Shown here: piece by piece, positions 10,901 to 19,536 of the stretch
Numbering within the stretch: position 1 is the stretch's first letter
How the letters are laid out: the number at the start of each line of letters is the position of its first letter
Origin: a virus
IMG/VR virus record: IMGVR_UViG_3300042305_002533
Location: 32,001-96,000 of that record
Strand: one strand, 5' to 3'
Length of the DNA stretch: 64,000 nt
Position numbers and translations under genes: made by a program
Notes under the pieces: model-generated
Database searches by the model: none
Told to the model about the DNA's origin: nothing
What the model saw: the letters and a program-made list of their open reading frames with translations, nothing else

Positions 10901-11549
10901 TGTCAAAATTGATCCAAACACCCCGCTGACCCCCGACTTTTTTACTGAGGCTGTAGGCATCCTCCAGCAAACAAAACCGGGGTTCACGTACGTTTATTTG
11001 AACACGCCTCTGGGTTTCCGCGACGAAATGATCGGCGTGGACCAAGGCGTGATTCTGGGGGTTGGCCTCAGCCGGGTTGAGCCGGTTATCGCCGCAGACA
11101 ACAACATTGTCGTAGGGCCTCCGGGGCTCCTTCAAGCCAACGACACCTTCTATTTTTTGTTACAAACCCAGGCTATCGGCCCCGCCTCAGGCGCGTACCC
11201 GTTAACCCCTGTTCTGCCTGTTGGCGGAGCGCCGCGTTTTCACGTCGTGAAAGGGTGGTTCGATCTCGCGGTCATCGTAGGCGGCCGGCGTCTTGCCGAA
11301 AATCAGGACTACGTCCTCGACCGCCTCAATGGCGCGGTCACCTTGATCACTACTTTACCCGGGCCTACCACGTTCAGTTATATTGCCGTGATCCTTCGAA
11401 CACGCACGCCCGGCGATGGGCTAGTCGATGCGCCGGGAGAGACCGCGATCTGTGTGAACGGCGCCAACCCCACGACGTGGTGGAGCCCCGGACAAACGTA
11501 TTCAGACGCCGGCTTGATCGATAGGGCGGTACAACTTACCATTGCGTAA
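7995..11549 (+). CDS. Large baseplate wedge/tail protein with two CBM5/12-like repeats
   Basis: LYTNFGYLLG..SEQYRAFL wedge-like motif; two W-x4-Y-x2-GD-x-V repeats; follows baseplate J. Confidence 0.6.
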   Translation: MAVRPDPSLNFINALSDFWIVFFKDTTQLRAYFSGVEINVGQLYLELLETILGPSLRHAPVFSRKYFKLFTVSEDATFYVEGAAPSDDRYLFEPADADLQAVGALMNRVVLPTAVLEDQRGYEIGQTGIQFYNNPFDVDGLGNSQPFFALRSVAKSFAADFRDPARRDFASTGIKIGDFFRLKVGAGNPIASRITGYSGDTLYLQSTAPDFSQNLKSRAFKVSVLRTPFDAQQNGVQLPDHPSEVQRLSSNATDVATVVGALDVDLTGEPYFKGAWAPLTAYAQGDVVIAPGPTLVRALVTHTSPAVYSPAPWEGFLNKYLSVHLPTSPDQDGLFKIVSTAGAVITLDRPTTFISTLSNRARAWLVGYPNGLVGAGEKPAIQFQHSYIDPSTFMLFARRGQPVYVREGNTYVEKPEGGLVEAGVDYLMDYDAGVMTVLSGWNPSVAPLAGYQWSIDVATYVYAPATPWITATAYAVGDQVTYTNSYYVCVTANTDVVFTPGNWTLYTAPFTFNQIHDVKEIAMWGSEVLIDLQTLYTNFGYLLGYERPSSEQYRAFLQGVAQLFVIGPVLARFESALNVTCNLPVVRDDGEVLRSYDSGIWASGTDGQILDATDGRNGTLVTSSSEFSSPTANFFPSDVGAVIRVKLGNSYASYIVTAVLSATTATVIPVPPDASAVIWSYSHVTFDRVFRSASYAFSADDIDAILQISGASNAANNGSFRIASVENATTVILDSQFNLQDETSLVWRLSRSGAQTVTTSRTTYTFPFEVKIKPAVTQTSNWNVLKFQAFDPLTDAFVVADYVQDPTWWHDTEIPKELLSFSTGSEARRRVSSLLVEHRVNPFDNAAVSDVGLAAGVDDEGRPGISRVGAGVWFGRDQVGLSFPAGVPVANAQDPGRYALVSSPLFEGQFEIRAVDTAGTTLSLNSFPPPELRGVVPPLPLTVELPPLLYRRTIGFIMMDRYFKYHALSVKIDPNTPLTPDFFTEAVGILQQTKPGFTYVYLNTPLGFRDEMIGVDQGVILGVGLSRVEPVIAADNNIVVGPPGLLQANDTFYFLLQTQAIGPASGAYPLTPVLPVGGAPRFHVVKGWFDLAVIVGGRRLAENQDYVLDRLNGAVTLITTLPGPTTFSYIAVILRTRTPGDGLVDAPGETAICVNGANPTTWWSPGQTYSDAGLIDRAVQLTIA

Positions 11550-11554
11550 TCGCG

Positions 11555-12049
11555 ATGAAACCCAACATTTCGTTCGGCGGTAACGTTCGCCTTCGCGGCG
11601 ACCTGACCGTTGAAATCTGCCACACGCCCACAGGCCAAATTACACGGCAGCACGTACGTAATACGATCACGTACGACGGGCTGAACTCATCGCTATATCT
11701 CTGGGCTCAGGACGGCGTCACACCGTCTGACTACCAGATTGCGACGTTGGTCCCCGGAACCAATAGCCAGCCTCCGACGCGGGGAGACACGGGGGTCATT
11801 TCTCCGATCATCGTCGGAGATTGGATCACCCTGACTGCCGGCAACCGCTTGGTGTCGCCCGCAACCGGGGAGCTCATCATCACCGCGACCCTGGGTAACG
11901 CTCAAGGAAATGTCGCGCCAAACTCTCTGACAGAAGTAGGGCTGCTGCTCGGCAACGGGGACTTGTTTGCGCGCCAAATCCACCCGGCTTTCGCGAAGAC
12001 CAACGCCTTCACGCTGACGTATACGTGGCGCATCGCCGTCACCGCCTGA
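11555..12049 (+). CDS. Tail/baseplate structural protein (tail-collar/fibre-attachment-like)
   Basis: RNTIT, LTEVGL, LFAR, K-x-x-x-F-x-L-x-Y-x-W-x-I pattern typical of small tail-attachment proteins; module context. Confidence 0.55.
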   Translation: MKPNISFGGNVRLRGDLTVEICHTPTGQITRQHVRNTITYDGLNSSLYLWAQDGVTPSDYQIATLVPGTNSQPPTRGDTGVISPIIVGDWITLTAGNRLVSPATGELIITATLGNAQGNVAPNSLTEVGLLLGNGDLFARQIHPAFAKTNAFTLTYTWRIAVTA

Positions 12050-12058
12050 GGAACCGCC

Positions 12059-14878
12059 ATGCCCAAGATCTACGACGAGCAGACCGATTACACCGCCGCT
12101 GGAGATAACAACCAGAACACGGCGGCCTCCATCCAGCCGATCGCGGGTGGCGAAAACCTATGGCAAGCGGTCCTGAACCGAACTGCCGAGAATCTACGGA
12201 AGCGCACAGAGGTCCTGCGGCAAGTAACCGACGATCTCCGTTATTTCGCAGATTATGACCGCGTGCTTCTTTGTCGTGCGGAAAACACGACTTTCACGTT
12301 TACGAATCAGCCTGATGGGCACGTGCTGGCAATGACCGGCGGCCCGCTGTGGGTCTACCCCGCGCTAACGCCTGGGCGCCTCAGCGGAGGCCGGACACGC
12401 GGCGCGCGTATGTTCGTGCAAAACGGCCTCAACTGGTTTCCCTACGCCGGCACCCTGGGTGTGAATGATCTTTCGTTCGTTGCGACGGCGCAGTTCACTG
12501 GAATGCGCGGCTACGAGGATTGTGAAAACTTCGACACCGTCGGCAGCGGCTTCTCGCTAGGCGGGAATCGTTTGCAAATCACGCTGGTCGCAAATCCGGC
12601 AGTGGCTGGAGGCGTCATCAGCGCGACCGTTACCGGCGCACCAGAAACGCTCATCACGATTACGTACGGCACCCTAACGCCGACGTATATCAGCCAGATC
12701 ATCGCGTACATCGCTTCAGATACCACGTCACAAGGCGGTTACGGCCTTGCGCACATGATCCGAGGCGTTACGACTCTGACAGCGGGGCCGGCCTCTACGA
12801 CCGTACCGCCGACCATTACAAACGCGATGTTTCAAGGCGGTTACGACGCGGAAGCGCATCAGATCACGGCCGTTCAGCTGACAACGTTTTTCAACGCTCT
12901 CGATTCCGTCGTCTACCACAACCGGTTGCAAGAGGGCGAGAGCCTCGCCATCAGCTTCGTGGCAGGGCCCGTTGAGCGCGGGTCTGGAATCATGCAGGGC
13001 GGCCGCCGGCAATCATTGTTTGATCTACCGACGGGCCGAACCGGCACGACGATGGACAACACGCCGAGCCTCAATATTTTCAACACCGGCCGCGAGCCCG
13101 AAAAAATCCCAGGGTCCGTCCCCATCGGCAAGATGATCGATGGGAAGTTTGTCTTCATTGACGGGACTGTTGTAGGGCCCTCGGCAATTTCACTCGGTGA
13201 AAGCGCCATCACGCTCGGGCGGCTAGCGGCATACTCCGCGCCGAGTGGGGCCTCGCTCGTGGGATATGCCGGGTCGGGGCCGTTTCACGCAGACGCAGCC
13301 GTCGCCCCTGGGCCCCTTGGCGCGACATCCTCGCTTGCAGCTGGGGGGCTTGAAACGGTGCTGGACGCTTTTGTGTCCGCCCTCGCGGATGCCACAATTA
13401 ACCAAAGCGGCGCCCGCCGAATTGGCGGCGAGTCTCTCGCGGCTACGGTTAGTACCGGCAACGGTTCAAATCAATTACCGCTATCTGCGGGCTCTTTGCG
13501 CCAGCAACTCAATCAAGTGCTGAACGGCACCTATGCCGGACGGCCTGTAGGTGTCAACGGGCGCGTCAATGAATGGGGGCATCAGCTTCATAATTTTGAC
13601 CCGCTTATCAAAAATCTGGCAGAGACAACGCCAGAAGATCTTTCTGGCGGCGGGGCTCGATTTATCCACGGGCACTCAACCGCAGGCCCGCAAGGGACGC
13701 CCTTCATAACTTCGCCTACAACAGGTTTTGACCGACCGCGCGTCCTATCCGATATCTTCGTAGAGAAACTTAGCTGGAGCACTATTGGTACGGGCACGTT
13801 AAACGACAACTGGCTCTACGACACGCCTTATGATCAGTCGGCCTCCCCCGACCCTACAGATTTGTTGTTTTTAACGGGCACAAGCGTCGGGCAAATGACA
13901 GCGGTCCGAGCTCGGCTCAAGACTGGACTAAGAAACAGTTCTTATGGCGTTGGAAGCGAGAGCTACCTGTTGCTCGTTTACGTCGACGGGAGCGGATCGA
14001 GCGTTGACGGTTGGTATTACCTGTACGACATCGATACGGCGCAACAAGCGTTGCAGCTTGTCAATTTGGATGGCAGCCAAGCCAACGTCCATGCCGGTGG
14101 AAGCGGCGTTGTGAATATCTACGCCGGCGTGATGATCGGCGATGAAAAGGCGGGGCAGAAACTGCGCGCCTTCCATTTTACGAACAGCGCTGTGCCTCTA
14201 ATTGATATTGGAGTCTGGCGGCAGTCCCAAATGATTATGCAGTTTTGGGACCCCAATGCGTGGGGGCCTACGGTAGGCACCCCTGCGGCGCCGGGTGCAT
14301 GTTTCTACTCCGACAACGCTGTTTGGCTGCCGGCCGGCCTGGCGCCGAGGAGCACTGACAACATCCTTGTCACGGGCGATAAAGTACTACTCGATGGCGT
14401 CGAAACTGGCACTGCCGTGGACGCTACGGCGAGTCACCATCACGGGGACACCTACGCTAGTTTCACTCCGACCATTCCGCCAACAAACAATACTAACAAC
14501 TGGTTGAGCATTTCGACCATTGCTGGGCCACCTCCGGGCACGCCATTTCCTGTTACGGCGCCTGCAGGGTTTCTGGCCGTTGGCGTCCTGATTTATTATG
14601 AGATTGAACTAACACCGCTTGCAGCAGGCGCTGTAACCGGCATACTAGTAGTAACCGATAAAAACGCAAACACCCTAATGAAGTTTGAGTACATTTACAC
14701 GGCCACTGGCGCAGGCGACACACGTAAGAGCATCGGCCAGGTGTTTGTCCCGCTACAAGAGCTTACCCCCGGGGGTGGTGGCGAGTTTTATTTCTGGCGA
14801 ATACCAAGCATTAATGTAGACACTGGCGGCAGCACGTGGCTGCTCCAGTATATCGCTAAGTCGCTTGTTCCCGTTTGA
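12059..14878 (+). CDS. Putative tail fibre / virion structural protein
   Basis: 939 aa, Gly/Thr-rich, N-terminal LNRTAENLRKRTE anchor-like helix; GAGG upstream of start. Confidence 0.5.
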   Translation: MPKIYDEQTDYTAAGDNNQNTAASIQPIAGGENLWQAVLNRTAENLRKRTEVLRQVTDDLRYFADYDRVLLCRAENTTFTFTNQPDGHVLAMTGGPLWVYPALTPGRLSGGRTRGARMFVQNGLNWFPYAGTLGVNDLSFVATAQFTGMRGYEDCENFDTVGSGFSLGGNRLQITLVANPAVAGGVISATVTGAPETLITITYGTLTPTYISQIIAYIASDTTSQGGYGLAHMIRGVTTLTAGPASTTVPPTITNAMFQGGYDAEAHQITAVQLTTFFNALDSVVYHNRLQEGESLAISFVAGPVERGSGIMQGGRRQSLFDLPTGRTGTTMDNTPSLNIFNTGREPEKIPGSVPIGKMIDGKFVFIDGTVVGPSAISLGESAITLGRLAAYSAPSGASLVGYAGSGPFHADAAVAPGPLGATSSLAAGGLETVLDAFVSALADATINQSGARRIGGESLAATVSTGNGSNQLPLSAGSLRQQLNQVLNGTYAGRPVGVNGRVNEWGHQLHNFDPLIKNLAETTPEDLSGGGARFIHGHSTAGPQGTPFITSPTTGFDRPRVLSDIFVEKLSWSTIGTGTLNDNWLYDTPYDQSASPDPTDLLFLTGTSVGQMTAVRARLKTGLRNSSYGVGSESYLLLVYVDGSGSSVDGWYYLYDIDTAQQALQLVNLDGSQANVHAGGSGVVNIYAGVMIGDEKAGQKLRAFHFTNSAVPLIDIGVWRQSQMIMQFWDPNAWGPTVGTPAAPGACFYSDNAVWLPAGLAPRSTDNILVTGDKVLLDGVETGTAVDATASHHHGDTYASFTPTIPPTNNTNNWLSISTIAGPPPGTPFPVTAPAGFLAVGVLIYYEIELTPLAAGAVTGILVVTDKNANTLMKFEYIYTATGAGDTRKSIGQVFVPLQELTPGGGGEFYFWRIPSINVDTGGSTWLLQYIAKSLVPV

Positions 14879-14879
14879 T

Positions 14880-15449
14880 CTAGATATTTTCAGGGTCTCG
14901 CCCCGCCCGAGAGCGGCGCTTTGGTTTCCCACGCTGAAGCGCCGTCACAACTTCAAGTTCGCATCTCCTTCGCAACTCGTCTTTGTGATCGAGCGCCCAG
15001 GCTAGTCGCGCGAGCATCAGCGCGTCGGCTGAGTCATCGTCGTCGCCGAGGTCAATTCCGAATACGACCTTCACGGCGTGAATAACTTCAGCCTTCGAGG
15101 CCTGCCCGTTCCCTGTGGCAAACTTTTTGAGCCGCGTAGGCTCAATGACTTGTAGCTCGACCCCCGCTGCCTCGAACACAGCGACCTTGAGCGCCCCCGA
15201 AGCCTCGCCCAGGTCGAACTCGCGGTGCGTGCTGCCAAGACTCGGACCTTCGATACAGCCGCCAGTCACTACTCCCAACGGGAACCGCGTATGCGAGGCC
15301 GCCCACGAAAATATCGTCGCCAGCCTTTCGGCCCCGCGCAGTTTTCGACTTACACTAAGAGCGTTGAGAAACTCGACTTCTAGCCCGTTTTTTAAGATCG
15401 CCAGTCCTGGGCGATTCAAAGACGGGTCCACCCCGATGTAGACGCTCAT
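14880..15449 (-). CDS. ruvC: Holliday junction resolvase RuvC
   Basis: YIGVDPS, IEGPS, LKKFATGNGQASKAEV and DDSADAL motifs. Start chosen at MSVYIGVDP. Confidence 0.9.
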   Translation of the reverse strand: MSVYIGVDPSLNRPGLAILKNGLEVEFLNALSVSRKLRGAERLATIFSWAASHTRFPLGVVTGGCIEGPSLGSTHREFDLGEASGALKVAVFEAAGVELQVIEPTRLKKFATGNGQASKAEVIHAVKVVFGIDLGDDDDSADALMLARLAWALDHKDELRRRCELEVVTALQRGKPKRRSRAGRDPENI

Positions 15450-16380
15450 GCCCAGCATCATCATACGGATCCGACAAAAAGGCTATATCCGGTCAGCCGG
15501 ATATCAAGCCGTGAACTGGGCGGTGACGGTGCCGGTCTCGGACCCTCCGGGAGACCCGCTACTCGGCACACAGCCCCTCTCCTACGCCCCGCTGTTTGTC
15601 GTTCGCAATTCAGGCGGCGCCGATTCGCTCGCCCGCGTAGCCACGCTTCGCGATCTTGTTGCGATTCCTCAAGCAGAACTGAAGTACTTCGACATTCTTG
15701 GCCCCGGCGGAAACCAGGTATTGGGGACGGCCCAAGCGGGCGACGTCCTGACGTTCCCTGAAACCTCGGGGCGCCTCTCCTATTGGCTTGAGGACGCCGC
15801 GCCGTACAACTCAAACCAGTTCACGGTAGCGCAGCTGGTAAATAAAGCAGCCGGATCTGGACCGCAAATTTTGTCGAGCAGCCGGCTGCAGCTTCCCGGG
15901 TATTCGTTTACAGATAACGACGTAAACCGTTGGGTGCGGCTCTCGGGCTTTTCGGCTCCAGCGTACAACGCTTTGGTACAAATCCAGTCGATCTCTGGCA
16001 ACATCGCAACAATCAACATCCCGACCCCGACAAGCGCCACAGGCGGGGCCTGGCAAATGCCGCTGCTTGAAATCGTAACAAATGCCGGGGCGGGCCTGGA
16101 GCCTCGGTTTTTCCCAACGCGGGAAACGAACCTACAGTGGACGTTAACGCGGGGCGCCGTACTCGTAGGCTCAGGCGACTACGGCGGGACAACAACGCGT
16201 TGGGCGGGACCGCCGAGCCCGCTGGCGCGTTCGATCCGTTACACGGACCTCGCGCCGAGCAGTGAAGCCGCTAATGCGTTTTTCGTAAGCGTGCGCAGCG
16301 GTGTTGCGGTCCTACAAACTACCGCAGCGAAAAACGACACCGACTTCACACCCTTGCTGACGAGCACCTACGGGCCCTGA
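15448..16380 (+). CDS. Putative virion structural protein
   Basis: 310-aa ORF with composition like neighbouring tail proteins. Confidence 0.5.
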   Translation: MPSIIIRIRQKGYIRSAGYQAVNWAVTVPVSDPPGDPLLGTQPLSYAPLFVVRNSGGADSLARVATLRDLVAIPQAELKYFDILGPGGNQVLGTAQAGDVLTFPETSGRLSYWLEDAAPYNSNQFTVAQLVNKAAGSGPQILSSSRLQLPGYSFTDNDVNRWVRLSGFSAPAYNALVQIQSISGNIATINIPTPTSATGGAWQMPLLEIVTNAGAGLEPRFFPTRETNLQWTLTRGAVLVGSGDYGGTTTRWAGPPSPLARSIRYTDLAPSSEAANAFFVSVRSGVAVLQTTAAKNDTDFTPLLTSTYGP

Positions 16381-16381
16381 C

Positions 16382-16774
16382 ATGAGCTGGATTCAAGTCA
16401 CGAGTTCGCAGACCCTTATCCCTGGCGCTACGTCAACGCAGACACGGTACCGCGTGGCGGTTCAAGTCGACCTGGCGCAAGGAATTGAGAAGGAGCTGTT
16501 CGTGTACCGCCTGACCGATCAGGGGTACAGTCACGTAGCTAGGTACGAAGATCTGAATCTGTACCCGGCCGACGCGGCGACGGCGCAGGCAAATGATCTT
16601 CTGTTCTACCGGCGGGCTGACGTAGAACTTTCTTTTTCTACTGAGGCGGCGGCCTCTTCAGCACTACGAGAACTTTTAGCCGCATTGAGCGGCACGAACA
16701 AGGTCTGGGGGCGCGCGGCCGCTGCGCCTTTTGGTGGTGTGCAGACCGTGGTTTATGACAGCGAGGACGCATGA
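16382..16774 (+). CDS. Hypothetical protein (probably structural)
   Basis: 130-aa ORF abutting/overlapping both neighbours. Confidence 0.55.
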   Translation: MSWIQVTSSQTLIPGATSTQTRYRVAVQVDLAQGIEKELFVYRLTDQGYSHVARYEDLNLYPADAATAQANDLLFYRRADVELSFSTEAAASSALRELLAALSGTNKVWGRAAAAPFGGVQTVVYDSEDA

Positions 16775-17829
16775 GTGTCATCCCTGTAGTTCGACAAATA
16801 CGCCGTGATTTTCGACTGTCGGATAACTCCGTTCGCTTTGAAGTATCGAACGAGGTTATAGATCAAGGCGACTTGCCGTTTCCGCACGTCTTCGTAATGA
16901 CGATTGTGGACCCCGGTACAGCCAAAGAAGACGTGCTCGCGCGAATTGCAACGCCTGTCGATATTCGACGAGCTGACCCTTCGGCGCCGCTCTACGTAAA
17001 GGTCGCCTCGACCGATATCACCTCGATTAGCGGTGACACTTTCGCGCGAATCGCCAACACAAGCGATTTGACCAAGCTGTCCCGGGATCGCGTCACGGCC
17101 GTCGTGCAAGGTGCGACCAGCTACTTGTCCACAGCCGTCTCCCTGATCTACGACAACTACGCAACTGCTGATGCGGCTGCCCGACAAGTTGTCTCCCGGC
17201 TTTCTGACCTCGTTACGGCGTGGCGCACGTACAATACGGCCTTCGCGACGAACCCGTATCAGGACTATAACCTCCCGCAAACGGCAGCGAGCGTTGAAGC
17301 TGAACGAACGGCGGTGTACGTAGAAAAACGTACCGCACGTGAGACCGCTGAAACTGCGTATGACAATGCCGTAGCGGATAAAGAGCGCTGCGAAAGAGAC
17401 TGCGCCGCCGACAAAGTTATCTATGACTTTCTCGTTGCAGACGTCACGTTTCTTGAGCAGGCTAAAGCCACGGTTCAAGCACAGATAAACGACGTATATC
17501 CTGCCGGAACGTTCACGGTCGCTCCGGCGATCCTGACGCCTGCAGGGCCGTTTACGGTGACCATCCCCACGTCCCGAACACGTGATTACGTGCTAAAGGC
17601 GGGCACCTTCTCAACGGACCTCACCTCTTACGAAAACTTGCTGGTCAAAAAGCGTCAGGACCTGGCGATTTACTCCGAACGCGTACGCGCGTGTTCAGCG
17701 ACTTGTGCGCGTCTGGCGGCGGCCGTTTTGACGGCGCAGCAAACGCTAGATGCCGCACAAGCGGCTGAACGTGCCGCCCTAGCTAACGTCGTAGCCGTCT
17801 GTCCTACTTTTGACCCAAGCACGGTGTGA
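16771..17829 (+). CDS. Hypothetical protein with coiled coils and paired cysteines
   Basis: 352 aa; Ala/Glu/Arg helices with CERDC, CSATC and terminal VCPTF. Confidence 0.6.
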   Translation: MSVIPVVRQIRRDFRLSDNSVRFEVSNEVIDQGDLPFPHVFVMTIVDPGTAKEDVLARIATPVDIRRADPSAPLYVKVASTDITSISGDTFARIANTSDLTKLSRDRVTAVVQGATSYLSTAVSLIYDNYATADAAARQVVSRLSDLVTAWRTYNTAFATNPYQDYNLPQTAASVEAERTAVYVEKRTARETAETAYDNAVADKERCERDCAADKVIYDFLVADVTFLEQAKATVQAQINDVYPAGTFTVAPAILTPAGPFTVTIPTSRTRDYVLKAGTFSTDLTSYENLLVKKRQDLAIYSERVRACSATCARLAAAVLTAQQTLDAAQAAERAALANVVAVCPTFDPSTV

Positions 17830-18848
17830 ACATGATCGACTTTTACAACGACCCAGGCCACGCGACGCTCCGCCACCTTCTACAGCGCTCCCCGGGAGCG
17901 GCTGAAATGCTCAAGACCGCCGAGCTCGAAGACTTCAACCGTGACCTGCCGGACTCGGCTTTTGCCTGGCAGTCAAAGCGCCTGTACCCGGTGCATACGC
18001 CTGAGCACGCGGCTGTCTCCTACCTCTACGCAAAGCACGCCTCGGCGCGCACTCCGCGAGAGGTTCTCACCTTCATCAAGGAGGCTCTCGACATCTACGG
18101 CGTCGAGGAAGAAGCCTTGGCTGAAGTGCAGATCAAGGAGGCCGCGCTCGACGAAGACGAGTGCCTCTTCCCGCAGTCCCGCACGTATCCCGTACGCGAC
18201 GCCGACGAAGTGAAGACTGCTGAGGAGAAGCTCCTCGCCCAGGCCGCGAAGCTTCGGCCTGAGACGCGGGCGGACGCCTTTACCCGTCTTGCGAAAGCCG
18301 CCAGCTTTCACGGCGTGAACTTGCGCGAGGACTCCTACAAGTACGCAGGCCTGACGTACACCGACCGAACACGCCTCGTGGATTCGCTACGCGCTCGCGC
18401 CGCTGCGACAAAGGAGGCCGAACTCAGCGCCAAGTACGCGGCGCTGGCGACGAGCGTCGCGTACGATCGCACCAGCCTGCGTAGCCGCTCCGCCCGCGTG
18501 AAGCTGGCAGAAGCTATCGGGACGCTCGATGAGCGCGCCGGCCTTCTGAAGCATTACGATCGCGATCTGGAAGACCCTATTCGTGCGGTGTTCAACACGA
18601 CAAAGATCGCGGCTGCGGACGACATCGATCTCGGCGGGGGTACGGTCGTGTCGGCGGCCTCGCTCGCGGCGCTTCCGCCGACGTTCTTCAGCGACCTCTT
18701 CGGGCCGGACATCGTGAAGGAGATCGCGCCCGCAGGTCAGGTCGATCCTGCCGCGCTCCAACAAGTCGTCGTTACCTTCCCCGCTGACATGAAGCAGCAA
18801 CTCGCCCAGGCGCTCAAGAGCTCGGGCGTGCCGATGGCGCGGATGTGA
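17826..18848 (+). CDS. Putative head-associated protein rich in K-x-A motifs
   Basis: KTA, KHA, KEA, KAA, KLA, KIA motifs; two related repeats (AFAWQSKRLYPVH / CLFPQSRTYPVR); strong C/G-ending codon bias. Confidence 0.6.
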   Translation: MNMIDFYNDPGHATLRHLLQRSPGAAEMLKTAELEDFNRDLPDSAFAWQSKRLYPVHTPEHAAVSYLYAKHASARTPREVLTFIKEALDIYGVEEEALAEVQIKEAALDEDECLFPQSRTYPVRDADEVKTAEEKLLAQAAKLRPETRADAFTRLAKAASFHGVNLREDSYKYAGLTYTDRTRLVDSLRARAAATKEAELSAKYAALATSVAYDRTSLRSRSARVKLAEAIGTLDERAGLLKHYDRDLEDPIRAVFNTTKIAAADDIDLGGGTVVSAASLAALPPTFFSDLFGPDIVKEIAPAGQVDPAALQQVVVTFPADMKQQLAQALKSSGVPMARM

Positions 18849-18852
18849 TCGT

Positions 18853-19536
18853 ATGTCTGCCATCGCGGTCCTTAAAGACCCTCAAGTTCTCCCGTCTGTA
18901 GCCTGGGCTGCGACCAAAAAACTGTTCGGGCCCTCGGTCGCCGCATGGGAGTTTGAGACCATTCGTCTTGAGCTCCAGCGCCGAGGTGTTGAGGTTGACG
19001 AGAGTCTCGCCGCCAAGATCTTCGGGGCCATGACCATCGAGATCACCAACGACTGGACCTTCGACCACGACGTGCTCTTTGCCTTCGCGCTCTCCTGCTG
19101 CGGGGTGCCAAGCAGCGGCGACGGCATTCACCACCCCACGCCGGAGCAGCTCTGTTGGGCGATTCACGACATCCACGCCATCACCGGGAAGCCCATTACG
19201 GACGACGAGGGGTTTGACCCTGACACCATCGACCCGGCAATCGGGGTTCTGCTCCACGATGACGGTTACGTCGTCACGCCCGATGAGCTCTCCTTCGCGC
19301 AAGACGCGCTCGACAAGATCAATCGTTACGGCGCCCTGAATGACATCAAAAAAGAAGTGCAGGACGCCTGGAAGGTCGTATCGAAGCTGCCCGTAGACAG
19401 CCTCAAAAAGCACCTCAGCGAACTTGATGACGAGCCTGCCGAGATCCAGATTCGACGCCTGGGCGACTGCCGGTTATATGTAGCAGAGCGCCAACTGCGT
19501 CGAGCCAAACAACATGCCCTCCTTAACGAGCAATGA
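18853..19536 (+). CDS. Hypothetical protein upstream of terminase
   Basis: 227 aa, overlaps the terminase start; function not recognisable. Confidence 0.65.
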   Translation: MSAIAVLKDPQVLPSVAWAATKKLFGPSVAAWEFETIRLELQRRGVEVDESLAAKIFGAMTIEITNDWTFDHDVLFAFALSCCGVPSSGDGIHHPTPEQLCWAIHDIHAITGKPITDDEGFDPDTIDPAIGVLLHDDGYVVTPDELSFAQDALDKINRYGALNDIKKEVQDAWKVVSKLPVDSLKKHLSELDDEPAEIQIRRLGDCRLYVAERQLRRAKQHALLNEQ

